Shown in pieces: positions 38,135-56,157 of a DNA stretch of 64,000 bases. This DNA comes from the human T2T-CHM13v2.0 reference genome, Homo sapiens. The notes beneath the pieces were generated by a model. It had not been told where the DNA came from and searched no databases. It saw only the letters and a program-made list of their open reading frames with translations. The translations under genes were made by a program, and so were the position numbers. Positions within the stretch are counted from its first letter, which is position 1, and each line of letters opens with the position of its first letter. Location: NCBI RefSeq assembly GCF_009914755.1, contig NC_060931.1; one strand, 5' to 3'.

Positions 38135-38800
38135 TGGTGGCTGTTGCTGCAAACAACCACCCAAAACTTAGTGGCTTAAAATCACCACAGTCTAGCTCAT
38201 GAATCTGTAACTTGGGCAGAGCTCGGTGGAGACGGTTTGCCCCTGTGGCTCGACTGGAGTGTTCGTTCACACGGCTGCCAAGTGGAATTTGGCTGGGAAT
38301 CTCAGGCCTTGGTTCCTGCCCACGTGAGACTCTCCATGGAGGAGGGGCATCTTCTTAGGAAGGCAGCTGCCATACCGTGAGGAAACCCGACAAACAGGGC
38401 AGCCAGAGCCAGACAGCAGGCTCCTGGTCCCAGTCCCGGAAAATGCAAAGGGACAAGTATGTGTTGATTTCAGAGAAGCTCAGATGTAGCATTAGGACCT
38501 TCATCCATACCCTTCTCTTTTGCATGGCTTCTAAAGGGCATGACAGTGACCTGGGAGGTAACTGTGCCAGAATAAAGAGGGGAGACGAAAAAAAGAGGGT
38601 CACTTTCAGAAAGGGACCTGGGCTTCCTCACAATATGGCGGTTGCCCTCCTAAGGTGGACATCGGGAGGGTCAGATGGAAGCTCTGTGGCCTTTCCTAAC
38701 TCGGCCTCACGTCACAGAGCGTCACCTTTCCTGCACTCCACGGCGGCAGTGACAAGGACCCCACCCCAGGTTCACGGGGAGGGGACGTGGCAGGGAATGT
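38135..38800. mobile_element. MLT1-type LTR in the AMZ1 3' UTR, interrupted at ~38340-38618
   Basis: aaccacccaaaacttagtggcttaaaa...ctctccatgg | ctgggcttcctcacaatatggcgg...ccaggttcacggggagggg. Confidence 0.6.
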
Positions 38801-38957
38801 GAGACAACACAATATTGCTGTGGCCATTCATGAACAGTCAGTCAGCCCCACTCGGCGTTCACTGTGGGGATTTGGCTGGTGCACCTGCGAGGTGGCCTGA
38901 CCTGTTTTCCGATTTCCTTCATCTTCTGCAAAAGGTTAACCGCTGGAGTGATGCGAG

Positions 38958-38963
38958 ATTAAA
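38958..38963 (+). terminator. AMZ1: Candidate proximal AMZ1 poly(A) signal ATTAAA (another AATAAA at 38571-38576)
   Basis: Hexamer ~2.5 kb after the stop; usage not shown by sequence. Confidence 0.45.
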
Positions 38964-41900
38964 CAGAGGTGATAAAAATAGAATGCCTGGCTCATGCTGA
39001 GGGTGGGAGCCCACTGGGGTTATGACCAAAGCCTCGGCGCTCTCTGTACCCGTGTCCTTTGACCCTCAGCTGTGATGTGTGTCCCAAAAAAGCGTTTTGA
39101 AGTGGGAAGGAGCAAACCACTAAAAAAAACTCCTTTTATCCGCAGCGTTTACCAACTTGCAGATGTCAGTGAAATTTTTTAAGACAGCTGTTAGAAGGAC
39201 TGTTTTGAAATGCAACTTTGAGGAAGAGAAATTGGTTTCCCTCCTCTCCCCCGTGTTAGCCCCAGGTTCTGTCTGTGCTGTGGTGAAGAGTGACTTGGGA
39301 CAGTCACCAGGAAAGACGCAAGGCAGAGGAGAGAGAATGAGGGCTGCCTTCTCGAGGAAGGTCACAGCTCACGAATCTTTCTAAACTTAAGTGCTGCAGA
39401 AGTTGAACTGAGATTAAATTTAGAGATGATGGTTTCCAAGACACACAGGGCCACGGTTCTTTCAGTTTTTAAACACGTGCAAAGTCCACTGAATTGCTTT
39501 CTCGTCTCATCTGTCAGAAGCCCCTGCATTCACAAGGATGGGTCTTCCAGCTTGACGATGACCTCTCTTCGGAGAGCCTCACCCATCTTGGTAAGCCAAG
39601 TCAGCGGGGCCTCATGGAGCTAAAAATAGTTTCAGGTCATGACAGATGTTATCTGTATTGCTGTGTGTGCGATGAGTCTGGGGAAGCTAACACATGCCTT
39701 CTGAAGTGGCTAGAATACACACTCCCACGTCACAGCCATGCTATGATGAAGGGGTGAGAAGCAGTGTCCCCTCTGAGGCAAATCTCTCTTCAGGCAGCCC
39801 CGCAGTCCTCTTCCGAAATCTCATTCTTTTCCCTCTCTTCCTCCCCAAAAAGCCCAAACTCATTGTCAGAGTGGGGAGAGGGGAGAAGCAGCATCCTGAC
39901 TCCTGTCCATGGTGTGAACCCTGAGGGCACGGGATAGTGAGTGGAGCTCTGCCACCACCCGTTTCCAGAGCATGGGTGAGGAGGGAGGGATGCCGACCTG
40001 TTAATATTTGCTTCAGACCTTTCCCCGATGAACGAAATCTCCAAAAGCCTTAAACATAAAATGGCTTAGTCAAGCACGAGTGATAAAGCTGGGAGTCCAA
40101 ATTTAGATCCCACCAAGTTCAAAGGGGGAGGCTAGAACATTCCAGGGACACACCTACACGCAGAGGGTCTCCATACAGTGCCAAGGGAGCTGCTCTGCAG
40201 ACCCACCAGGCAGGGACGGCCAGGCCTCGGAGAGAGGGACCGGCTGCCCTGCCCAAGGCCCACCTGGACAGGCAAGTCTTCCCTAGTGGGTCAGTCAACT
40301 CCACCGCTTAAGGGGTCCTTCCTATGTAACGGAATTTTTTTACATCATCATCGAGTCTCGAAATGACCTGTAAGGCAGATGGCTGCATCCCCACCATATG
40401 GCTGTGGCTGTCGAGATGGGACTGGGAAGGGCTGGAGCCTCAGAAACGGCAGAGCGGAAGTTGAGGCGCAGTCTGTTCTTGCTTGAACCCCGAGTTCTCC
40501 CGCTGTTGTGCAGCTTTCTAAAAGCAAGCTGGAGCGGTCTGAGCAGGAAGAGAGTAAGAAGGCGCACGGACGCGGGAGGCCTGCACCCTGATCCCTGAGC
40601 AGCCCCCACACACCGGCACCCACGCCCCTCGGTTCTGATAACCAGGAGGCTTTCTGGCCCGTGCAGCTCCTTCGGACTCTGAGGAGAGGCCTGGGTGGGT
40701 GGCCGGCACTCTTAGGTGAGGTGCCAACGAAAACACCCCCGTGATTGCTGGGGCTTCACTGATTTGTTTTGTTTATAAAAGGAGGGCGAGGCCTGCACAG
40801 GAATATTTTTATCCCCGTGAAGACGGAGAGAATCAGGGCTTCGCGACGGGGCTCATAGACCTGAACTGGGTCTGCCTGCCTGTGTGCTGGAAGCAAACGA
40901 CGGCCCGTCCTCTAAGCTGGCTTTGCAGCTCCAGTAAGAGTGAGAGACTCACGGGGGCCTGGCTGCCGTCCTGGGAGAGGCCCCGGGAACCGGCTCGCCC
41001 TGTACCCAAGGGCTCTCTGGAGCTCACCCCGCACGCAGGCTGCTCCAGAGCTGAAATCTAGCTGTGATCCCTGTGGGGCAACTGCACACAGAGGTGCCCA
41101 GTTTCAAGGAAACCTAAAGCAGCAGCAAATTTATGGCTCTTGGAACACGAGGCTGTCAAAGATAAACACCGCAGGGTAATCTAGGAAACACTTCCGGCTT
41201 GACTGTAAAGAGCCCTGGCCTGCGAACGCTGTTAAAAACAGATGCAGATCGCGGGTGGAGACGGCCGGCCGAGCCTTCCCTTTTCTGACATCCTACAGCA
41301 GCACCTTGATGAATGAGAACCCGGAAGAATGGAGGTTTATTTTTGAACTCAGCTTCTTGGGTAGGGAGGCAAATGAAAACAGGCTGATGTCAGGGGTTTA
41401 TTTTAAAAAGCAATTTCCAAGAAGCGTCCTGGGGTCACCACGCGTTCAGTCCAACTCTTCCCCGCTGCAGTGTTCCCGTGACGATGAGGCAAATCCAAAT
41501 AGTCACCGGAGTCGAGCAAACACGGCGGCCCCTGCCTCCCCCGGCGGCTCCACAATGGCCCTCAGAGGGTCCGCGGCAGCCAGGCCCGTCCAACCTCCTG
41601 CCCTCTCTGAGAGGGGCCCGAGCTCTCGCAAGATTAACCAGAGACGACACCTACCAGATTCCACCACTGAGGCCTCCCTCGATGCCTGCTCCCTGGGCTT
41701 TTTAATGAACGCACTTCTGTCACATGGAAACTGAGCCCGGCATGGAGTCACGTGGCTCCACCCTGGGGCTCCTCTGATGCCGAGAGCTCTGGCTCTCCTG
41801 ACTGTGGGCCCAGTGTCCATTTTCTCTCTCAGGCAGGGTGCTCTGCCCGCCACAGTGTGCCTGGTTTTCTGGATACAGCATGACTGAACCGCCCCTTCTC

Positions 41901-43146
41901 AGCAAAGGCCAACACGTCTTTCTCGAGTCCAAGACCATCTCCCGTTCAAGGGCCCTCACCGCGCTTTGTGAGTCTGTCTCGTGGGCCTCCTTCAGTGGTC
42001 TGTGACCAGCGGGAATGAATGGGGACGTGTTTTGTTCAGCCCTGACTCTTGGACGCTGGTGGCAGCCGCGGGCGCCCACTCACCTGGCACGTGGACGAAG
42101 GTGATGAGCGCGGCTGACGGCTCCCGGGGGCAGTGTGGGGTCCAGTCTGAAGCCGACGCCCCTCTCGGTCAGGCTTTCAGCAGCAGAAGGCAGTGGACTC
42201 TTCACCATTTCTTCCAACACTTTCTCACGTAGGAGCTCCACTGTCCCTTCTAACAGGACAGGGCTTGTGCAGCCGGGCTTGGTCTTGTGGTCAGGGAGAA
42301 GCGGGCAGGCCAGGGCCGAGCTGCGTCCGGCTCTCAGGGACTTCCTCTCCCTGTGCTCTGCCCACCTGGGGTAGGCCTCTGGGAACAGGGGAGTCACAGA
42401 AACCACGGGAAACGGAGTGGGTTGGAAGAGGCAGAGAACACGCTTTTCTCAGGGTCGCTTAACACAGGCAGGGGTACAGGAGAGCTCCGGCCATTTATTC
42501 CAAATGTATGAGCAGGAAGGAAAGAGGGAGGGAAGCTGCAAGAACAGGCGACTTTTTTTTTTTTTTTTCCCCCCCATCTGAAGTGAGATCAAACTTCTAC
42601 CACATTCTACCTGTGCCCTTCTGGGTGGGTGGTGGCCGTCCTCTTGGGCGCCCCCTTGTGAGGGCTCGAGGCCTTTACTGGATGGGCAGGATGCGGGCAG
42701 CAGCTTTGTCGGCTGCCAACCCAACTCCTCCGACAGAACGGCAGGTGGCCCCTGTCGGAAGGGGGGTGTCTCTTTATTCCTGCCATCCTCCGGCCGCCTC
42801 TCCCGCCTGCACCACTTGGAGGCAGTTGTTTCACGTGGGGCTCTTGATGGCATAACCTGATGTCTGTCACGGACCCCCAAGCAGGAGCAATGCCTAAAGA
42901 GGGCAAAGGCCCGCGCGCCTGGCAGAGCTCCCTCCTCTGCTCCAACAGCAGAGCCCAGAGCATCCCTTGGCCCGACGCACAAGTCCCACAATAGCCTCTC
43001 CCAACGGGAACGACTTAGCCCTAATTACATGAGCTTTGATCACCGCTCGATTGTATGGCACAGTTATTTTTAAAAATCCAGTCCAAGTGGAAATACACCT
43101 GGAACATTTTATACTGCAATGACTGATGGACGACTTTGATATACAA

Positions 43147-43212
43147 AATAAATTGTTACTCAGCTTTTCTATAATGCTTACATCTTACATTTTCATTCTC
43201 AAAATTAATAAA
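43147..43212 (+). terminator. AMZ1: Candidate distal AMZ1 poly(A) signals (AATAAA 43147-43152 and 43207-43212)
   Basis: Twin AATAAA in an AT-rich patch; upstream TGTA (~43052); T-run from 43228. Confidence 0.55.
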
Positions 43213-43227
43213 TGCTATCAACCCCAA

Positions 43228-47762
<4,535 letters not shown>

Positions 47763-50602
47763 ACTTCTGGTCAGACTTTAACAGACGAGCTACACGGTCT
47801 AAGCCAGCTGGGGCTCACCAGCGCCGGGCAAGGCCAGACCTGCGACCTGTCGAGAAGATGTGGTCCTCCAGGAAAGCTCTACTTCAACGACAAATAGGTG
47901 GGGTTACGTTCATTTGGGTGAAATGCATCAGCTTTTAAAATCACAGAATGAAGTGAGTTCACTGTTAATTAAAGGGTGCCAAGGTGACAGGCCTGGAACA
48001 AGAGCCCTTCATTTTCACCAACAGGACCAGGCAAGAGACGGGAAGCCCTTCCACCGACCATGGCCCTCTGTGCCTCTCTGCACCCTCCCACCCCACCCAC
48101 GAGGGCCAGGCTGTGTGTCGGCCCGGCAGGAAATTCAGGCTGACGTGGGACCCCACGGTAACTGCACCTGTGTCCCGCTTTGGTTCATGTTACAACACAC
48201 ATCCGAAAGAAAACCAAAGGGAGAAAATAACCTCCTTGAACCTGCTTAAGAAAAAGCACCTAAGTTTTGGGTGGAGCTGTTTCTACTACTGTGAAGTCAG
48301 CCACTGAGCCGCATTTCCAACACGACTTCCAGCAAATCACCGTCAGCCACGTGCCGAGGCTGCCGGGCGCGTGAGAGTCTCACAATGACAATGTCCGGGA
48401 AGGATTTCCAAACGTCAGGGTTAAGCATGGGAGCGATTCTCGTCCCCGCCACACCCGGATCCGCCAGGACAGAGAAGCCGGTACCCCAGCGGGTGGTCTG
48501 CTTTTCTGCGCAGAAGCACTGTGGTCTATTTCTGAGTTCTACCCACTTCCTACCCCTCACCGCACACAAACACTAACTTGCAGCAGCATCCACCAGGACG
48601 GGGTATCTGGAACTCCCTCACTTCTAGGGACCTCCTGTTCCCTCCTGCTGGGTTCTGCGAGCGCACCCTGTGAATGGGAAATTCAAACACTGAGAAAAGC
48701 TTATCTGCCAGGGACTAGTTCAGTGGGATGTGGATTAGCTAAGGCCCAAAGCATGGCTGTCCTGGGCCCTCAGGTCCTCCGGGTTCAGGGGCTGGAGCCA
48801 TGGCCATGGCCTGCGGTAGGCAGAACCACGCCACGCCAGCATCTCCTAGAAGGGGCTGCCCTGGGCCCGCGGCACCAGACGGACACAGCTGCGCGAGGGG
48901 AAGGGCGAAGGATGCTTCCAGGGAGCAGTGACCTGTGTCTGAAGTGAGCTTCCACCCGAGGAGATGCCAATACTGCAGCCCAGAAATCCAATGCGTCTAT
49001 TTCAATATGGCGCCCTGAACACCGCAAATAACCTGCCTCCAAGTTCCAGAGGGTTCTGGAGGGAGAGATGGAGCAGCAAGTGAATGAGAAGCCATAGGGC
49101 AGGTCTCAGTGACCTGAAGACTTTCCTCCAGAGAGCGTGCAAGACAGGCCATGAACCTGGGACCTGGAGGCAGGAGCAGCACGTCCACACCCTGTGGGCT
49201 CCACTCCCAGAGCTCAGTTACCCCCGAAAACCGTAGACTCTGCCTCTCCCTGGTCGCCTGTCAGCCGCCGTTGAGGCCTGCTCAAAAGGCGGCTTCAGCT
49301 CCTTTCTTGGGAAACCTAACGCTTTTCTGTTCCAGGTCCAACACAACGCCTCACAAAACGATCACGAGATTGAAAGGCTGATGTCAGTGAACCATCCCCT
49401 TCCAGGGCACGCAGTGCCAGACCCTCCCCTGGTGCCTCTGTATACAGGCGTCCAGCCCGCCCGCTGCAGTCCCCCCACCGACTCTCAGGTCTGGACCAGC
49501 TCCCCTGAACGCCAAGGCTTCAAGGAAACACCAGGATCCCATATTTCAGGACCATCTCTCCCCGGGGCTGCTGTGCAAATTAAGCAAGTCTTAAAGTGGC
49601 CTGTCCTCTTCAAAGCAAAGCCTCCTGAATTTCAAGCAATCATTTCGGAAAGAGACTGCTAAGCACATGTGATGCACCTTACAGAGAAATGGCACTACCA
49701 GATTTGGAAAGGCTGCATGTGCGTGAGGAAAGATTAGCAAGGATTTCATCTCTGCCCTTAAATCACCAAAGAAAACCCACCATCCCCGCAATTCTCGAGG
49801 CAGGTTGCTGGCCACAGTGAGAAGACCTTGGTGGCACGTTACACGGTGAAATACAATCCTCACCACATTAAACATGGATGTCCCCAAACCTGGAAGGAAC
49901 CTCCCAGCTTGCCTCTTCAGTGACTGTCAACCCTGGCTGACATCAGAACCGCCTGGGACATGGAGAAACCTGTATGAGTTGGTGTCTCAGGCCTGGCGGC
50001 TCAGCACACTGCCCGGGTGAGAGCTCCTCAGGTGATTCGACTGTGTCCCCAGGGCAGAGAGCCACTACATCATCCAGCATGGAGACGTGAGGACATCCAG
50101 GCTCCCAGAGCTCAGCCTACAGTCGGAGCACACTGTGTGCTCAGGGCAGGTGTTTTTCTGGCGCACTCTCTGCCTTTCCCACTTGTGGTCAGTTCAAGCC
50201 CCCACCAGCCACACATGGGCTAATGGTGCTAAGTGGCATCCCCACTCCTCTTTCCAGAAAGCTGCTTGTTTGGGCAAGAAGAGAGATGCCCCGTGATGCC
50301 GAAGAGCAAGTTATGGTGGAGGCCTGAGCATGAGAGCTCTGGTCACACCACGCCGAGGACCGGACGGTGCCCTTGCTTCCTGTGAGTGGTCTCTTCGCTT
50401 TCTGGCTGGAACGATAACCCCAGGGGTTGTGAGGACAGAACCTCCACCTGCCATCCCCATGGGCACCGCTGGTCTCCAGAGCACGTCAAGGTCCTTCCCC
50501 TCCCAGCTTCTGATCTTGGAGAGCGAGGCCTCTCATGCTCACATGCATGTGTTTAGGTGTATATGCTGCCATGCCATGCTTTAAAAATAAAAAGTGTTTT
50601 GA

Positions 50603-51571
<969 letters not shown>

Positions 51572-51654
51572 ATTAGGATGAGAGTGATCTGCTGTGAATC
51601 CTGGGGAATGAAAAATCAATTTAGTGTTGGTTTTGAATACTGGCACTATTTTAT

Positions 51655-54600
51655 ATTAAGCAAAGAAAGACTAAATTTATTTTAATAAACATTCAGAGGC
51701 TGAGGGTGGCCAAATTTTCAAGCCAGACCCTCCCAATGTTAATACACTGTGCAAAGCTTACACCATGAACAACTGACCCGGACCACTACCATTCCAATGG
51801 GAGCCTCTGCCTTACAATACCAGGTTAGATGTCTGTGCCCAGAACCCCTAAATTAGTTACAACTAATAATCTTCTTTCAAGAGTTTTTTTTTTCAATCTT
51901 GGAGTTAACAATCTGACTTATTTTTCTTTTATCAAAGAAGTAGGAAAATTACAATAAGAATTCTAGAGATCTCTATAAATTACAGACCTATGACTCAAAA
52001 TCCTTGAAACAATTTCTCTACGAACATAAGAGTTAAAAATAGATTTCAGTAAAACCCTATATGCGTCTTATGTGTACACAGTATAGCTATGAGGAACAGA
52101 TCTTATTTTGAGGAACTTTATTGTTACATTTTTGCAATAATTGAGGCACAACTACCTCCTGCTTTTCCAACATCTTAATAAAAAAGACAATAAGGATTAA
52201 CAGTGAAATTAAAATTAAAAAATACAAAAGCCTAAGGTTCTGGAGACAAAACTGACTAGAGTCTATGTGTAGCCAAGTTGTGAATGACAGTTTAGCCTTG
52301 CAGAGTTTCCTTCTTCTCCAATTACAATGTGTTACAGAATTTGGAAGGGGGTGTCTTTAAAAACGTTCTAATTCACCCCGGTCATGAGGAGGAGGAGGAG
52401 GAAGTCCAGCTCAGCAAGGCCAAGTGCCTCGGCCAGGGCGGTGGGGTCAGCGCTGAGCGGGTCAAGAGCCCGCGCCGGGGGCCATCCCCCTGCGCTTTCT
52501 ATCGAGTTAAACGGACCCCACAATATCTCCTTCCTCTCATGCTTCTGGTTTGAAAGTGACGAGTAAATATGTCAGACTGTTTAAAGGAAAACAAGCACTC
52601 ATTGACAAGGCCGGACTACTCAGGAAGGTGTTTCAAACAACTCCCCTGCTACGCGAATCACAGCGCTGCTGTCGCCAACAGCGCCGCGAAGAGGCTCTCC
52701 CCGTTGGCGGAGGACCCGCTTGCACTTCCTCTGGGCTCTGGATTCTAACACACACAGGAGACACAGCGAAAGCTGACCCAGAAGGCAAACAAAGCTCACC
52801 ACGCTCCGGACCGGGCTGCGCGTCACTGTTGCAGACTGCAAATGGGACCTGAGACCACCCCGAGGGCCCCACCAGGAGCTCTCTTTCTCCTTTAAAACGT
52901 GGTCATCGGCACTCATCTCCGGTCACATCCGTGAGGTCTGTGAAGAGCCACAGAAGCAGTACAAAAACAGCGACTTCTTTATCCAGCCAAAAAAGGAGCC
53001 ACAAGCCCAGCAAACACTGACACACAGCCTCGAGCACTGCGAGAGAGAGTTCCATGCTGTCTCCCGATGAGAACGCTGTGCTAACAGGGTGACCCAGAGG
53101 CAGGTTTCCCCTCCCTCTTCTGCTTCTGCATCTGCCCCAAGGGCTTGCGTTTACCGGGTTTGCGGAAAACAAGCCAAGGGTGAGCTGCAGAGGGGCTCGG
53201 GGCTCGGGGCAGCACGGCCTCGGGACGAGGGCCCTGGGATATGTGACTGAGCCACAGCAACATTCGGGTGCCAATTAAGAGGACGCTTTTCATTTTCTTG
53301 TAAATGCTAGGACACATCCCAAAACACACTAGGCAGGATTTCTCAGTAGAGTGATACACAGAGGGGACCAGCTTGGAATGCAATGTATTTTAAACACAGT
53401 GAAAGCCACCTGGCAGGTAGCTGGACAAGTGAGCTGGGCCCAGGACTGGCCAGCTCGTATCAACATTCACAGGCTCCCGCGGGCTCCCCCAGGACAGCGG
53501 CATCCGAGAGTGTTTACTCTTCTGCAAGCACAGTCATAGAAGCGAGGGGCCTCGATGAGAATCAGACTTAGGGAGAGCGGCGAACAGGCACGGCTGTCCA
53601 AAGGCACTGGTGGAGCGGCAGTTTGGAGAAACTCAAGATTCCTCCAGCGTCTGTGGGCTTCCCGAAAGGTCAGCTGTTAGCTCGCCAAGCAGCTGGGGCA
53701 TTAACAAAAGCTCTGCTAGTGGCCTTGCCAGCTTTCTGAAGCCCCAGAAGAGGAATGTTTCTGAAAGAAGGAAACGCTATGTGCTGCCAACTGTGTGTGA
53801 GCAGATGACTTGCAGGAAGATGGGAGAGCCGTCTGCAAGGGGACCTGGTTTCTGTGTCTTTGCCGTTGGGTTGGGCAGTGGGTGGCTAAGGGGAGAAGAG
53901 CACCGCTGTGTGTGCACGGACGGAGCGGCAGTCACCGTGGGCATCCTGTCTCACTCCGTGTTGTGCTGCTGGGCATGGGGCAGGGTGGGAAGGGCTGAGC
54001 CTGCTGTAGGGGCGTAAGGTGAATCCACACCTGCAGAGCTCTGCAGCCCGTCCTCAGAGCTGGGAAGGGATCCTAGGCACGGCTCCTCAGCTTCATCTGA
54101 GAGGCTTGGACTAGGGGCTCTTAGGAAATCGGCACGGGAGTTTGAAAAGGCAACGTGCTCCCTTTGGGAGGTGGCCTTCAGACACTGCGGCTGGGGCTGC
54201 AGGGCCGGGCTCAGGCACTGAGTTTAGCAGCATCGGCGTGCACTGGATCTCTACAAGCTACTGTTAGGCAAAGCTTTCAGGTTAGTCTGTCTCAGGGAAG
54301 ACTTGTGAGTTAGAAAAGCCGTCTGCAAGGCCAGCTGGTTTTTGTGTTTCTGTCATTAAAGACAGAGCGTGTGTACACACATACACACACAACACGGTCC
54401 TCAATTAAACTGCGTCAGAAAAAGAGGAACGTTTCTGTAAAAGCAAAGCAAGCTGTGTGATTAGGTGTTCCGTATTCACAACATCATCACTCGGATTTTC
54501 AGTAGTTTCACTCGCCCCCAGGATTCAGTAGCTAACGTGACAGTTTCCATGTCCTTTTGCCTAGAGCTCGCTGGCTGGCTGGTCTGACAGCATTCCTGAG

Positions 54601-54724
54601 CCAGGTATTCCAGGGCACGGATCCGAGAAACCCACTCAAGGACCACACAGACAACACACACCCAAGAGTCTGACCGACAGCCGTGGGGGCTGCTCAACGA
54701 CGACAAACCCCGGGGCTTCCTCGC
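51655..54724 (-). other. GNA12: GNA12 3' UTR (~3.1 kb)
   Basis: Alu-free stretch from the TGA stop to the AATAAA; AU-rich distal ~700 nt; exact end approximate. Confidence 0.75.
51676..51681 (-). terminator. GNA12: Likely main GNA12 poly(A) signal AATAAA (alternative at 52117-52122)
   Basis: TTTATT on the + strand at the distal edge of the AT-rich, repeat-free UTR. Confidence 0.7.
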
Positions 54725-55294
54725 TCACTGCAGCATGATGTCCTTCAGGTTCTCCTGCAGGATGGTGTCTTTCACAGCATGGAACACGAAGCGGACGTTC
54801 TCGGTGTCGATGGCGGTGGTGAAGTGGTGGAAGAGTGGCTTGCTGCGGTTCCGTCTCTTCCTGTCGAAGCACTGGACCAGGTAGCGCTGGACGTCCTCCA
54901 GCCTGTGCGGGTCGCCCCTGAAGTCCGGGAAGTGCTTCTTGATGCTCACGGTCTTCACCTTCTCCACCAGGAGGTCCATCTTGTTGAGGAAGAGAATGAT
55001 GGAGACGTTGAAGAAGAGCTTGTTGTTGACGATGGTCTCGAAGATGTTCATGGACTCCACCAGCCGGTTGGTGCGCCTGTCCTCCATGAGGACCTGGTCG
55101 TACTCGCTGGAGGAGACCATGAACAGGATGGACGTGATCCCGTCGAAGCACTGGAACCACTTCTGGCGCTGGGACCGCTGGCCGCCCACATCCACCATCT
55201 TAAAGGGGATCTTCTTAATAACGAAGTCATGCTCCACAATTCCCTTGGTGGCTTTCCTAGCCAGCAGGATATCTTGCTTACTAGGAAAGTAATT
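54725..55294 (-). CDS. GNA12: GNA12 last coding exon ([18 protein letters not shown]...DVGGQR...NKMD...TTAIDT...[12 protein letters not shown])
   Basis: G-alpha G2/G3/G4/G5 motifs and G12-type C-terminus KDIMLQ; acceptor tattttacag|AAT; 570 nt to TGA. Confidence 0.98.
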   Translation of the reverse strand, partial: NYFPSKQDILLARKATKGIVEHDFVIKKIPFKMVDVGGQRSQRQKWFQCFDGITSILFMVSSSEYDQVLMEDRRTNRLVESMNIFETIVNNKLFFNVSIILFLNKMDLLVEKVKTVSIKKHFPDFRGDPHRLEDVQRYLVQCFDRKRRNRSKPLFHHFTTAIDTENVRFVFHAVKDTILQENLKDIMLQ

Positions 55295-55813
55295 CTGTAA
55301 AATACAGGATGAGGCAGAAATTTAGGGGGAGGAAGAAAGAACAGAGAAAATAGAAACAAAAAGATGGCAAAAAGATAAGAAGGAAAGAGACTGACTTTTG
55401 CAACAGGTTGAACCAGAAACCAAAAGCAAATTTCATTTATAACATTATCAACTGGCCGTGAAACAGAAAGAATCAAATACTTCATTTCAAAACGAACGGA
55501 GGCTCACCAGTCTGAGGACGAATGCTCAGAACACTCGTGGGCAGGCCCAGCGCAAAACCACATCCATTTTCTTCTCCAGAGGAAATTTACCATCTTTTTT
55601 GTTTCCATACCAGAGATACCTTTTTATTTTTCTAACTCCTAAAGCTTATAGCTTCCAAAACCTTACTGTGAATTAATTTAGGTTTTGAATGTGATGTAAA
55701 TTCAATCTGCAATACATTTAATGTTATTCTTAGACAATTCTTTAAGTCTTTAGCGACACACAGGCAAGCATACTCTTCACTCACTTTGACTTTGCACTAT
55801 TAATAATCCTCCA

Positions 55814-56157
<344 letters not shown>

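Noticed and set aside
40774-40781. TATAAAAG TATA-like box in the extended 3' region
   Set aside because: Isolated motif with no CpG island or credible downstream exon
53081-53383. 100-aa ORF in the GNA12 3' UTR
   Set aside because: No motif or compositional signal beyond chance
54683-55300. 205-aa + strand ORF antisense to the last GNA12 exon
   Set aside because: Shadow ORF expected from GC3-rich codon use in the real exon; non-ATG start and no independent features
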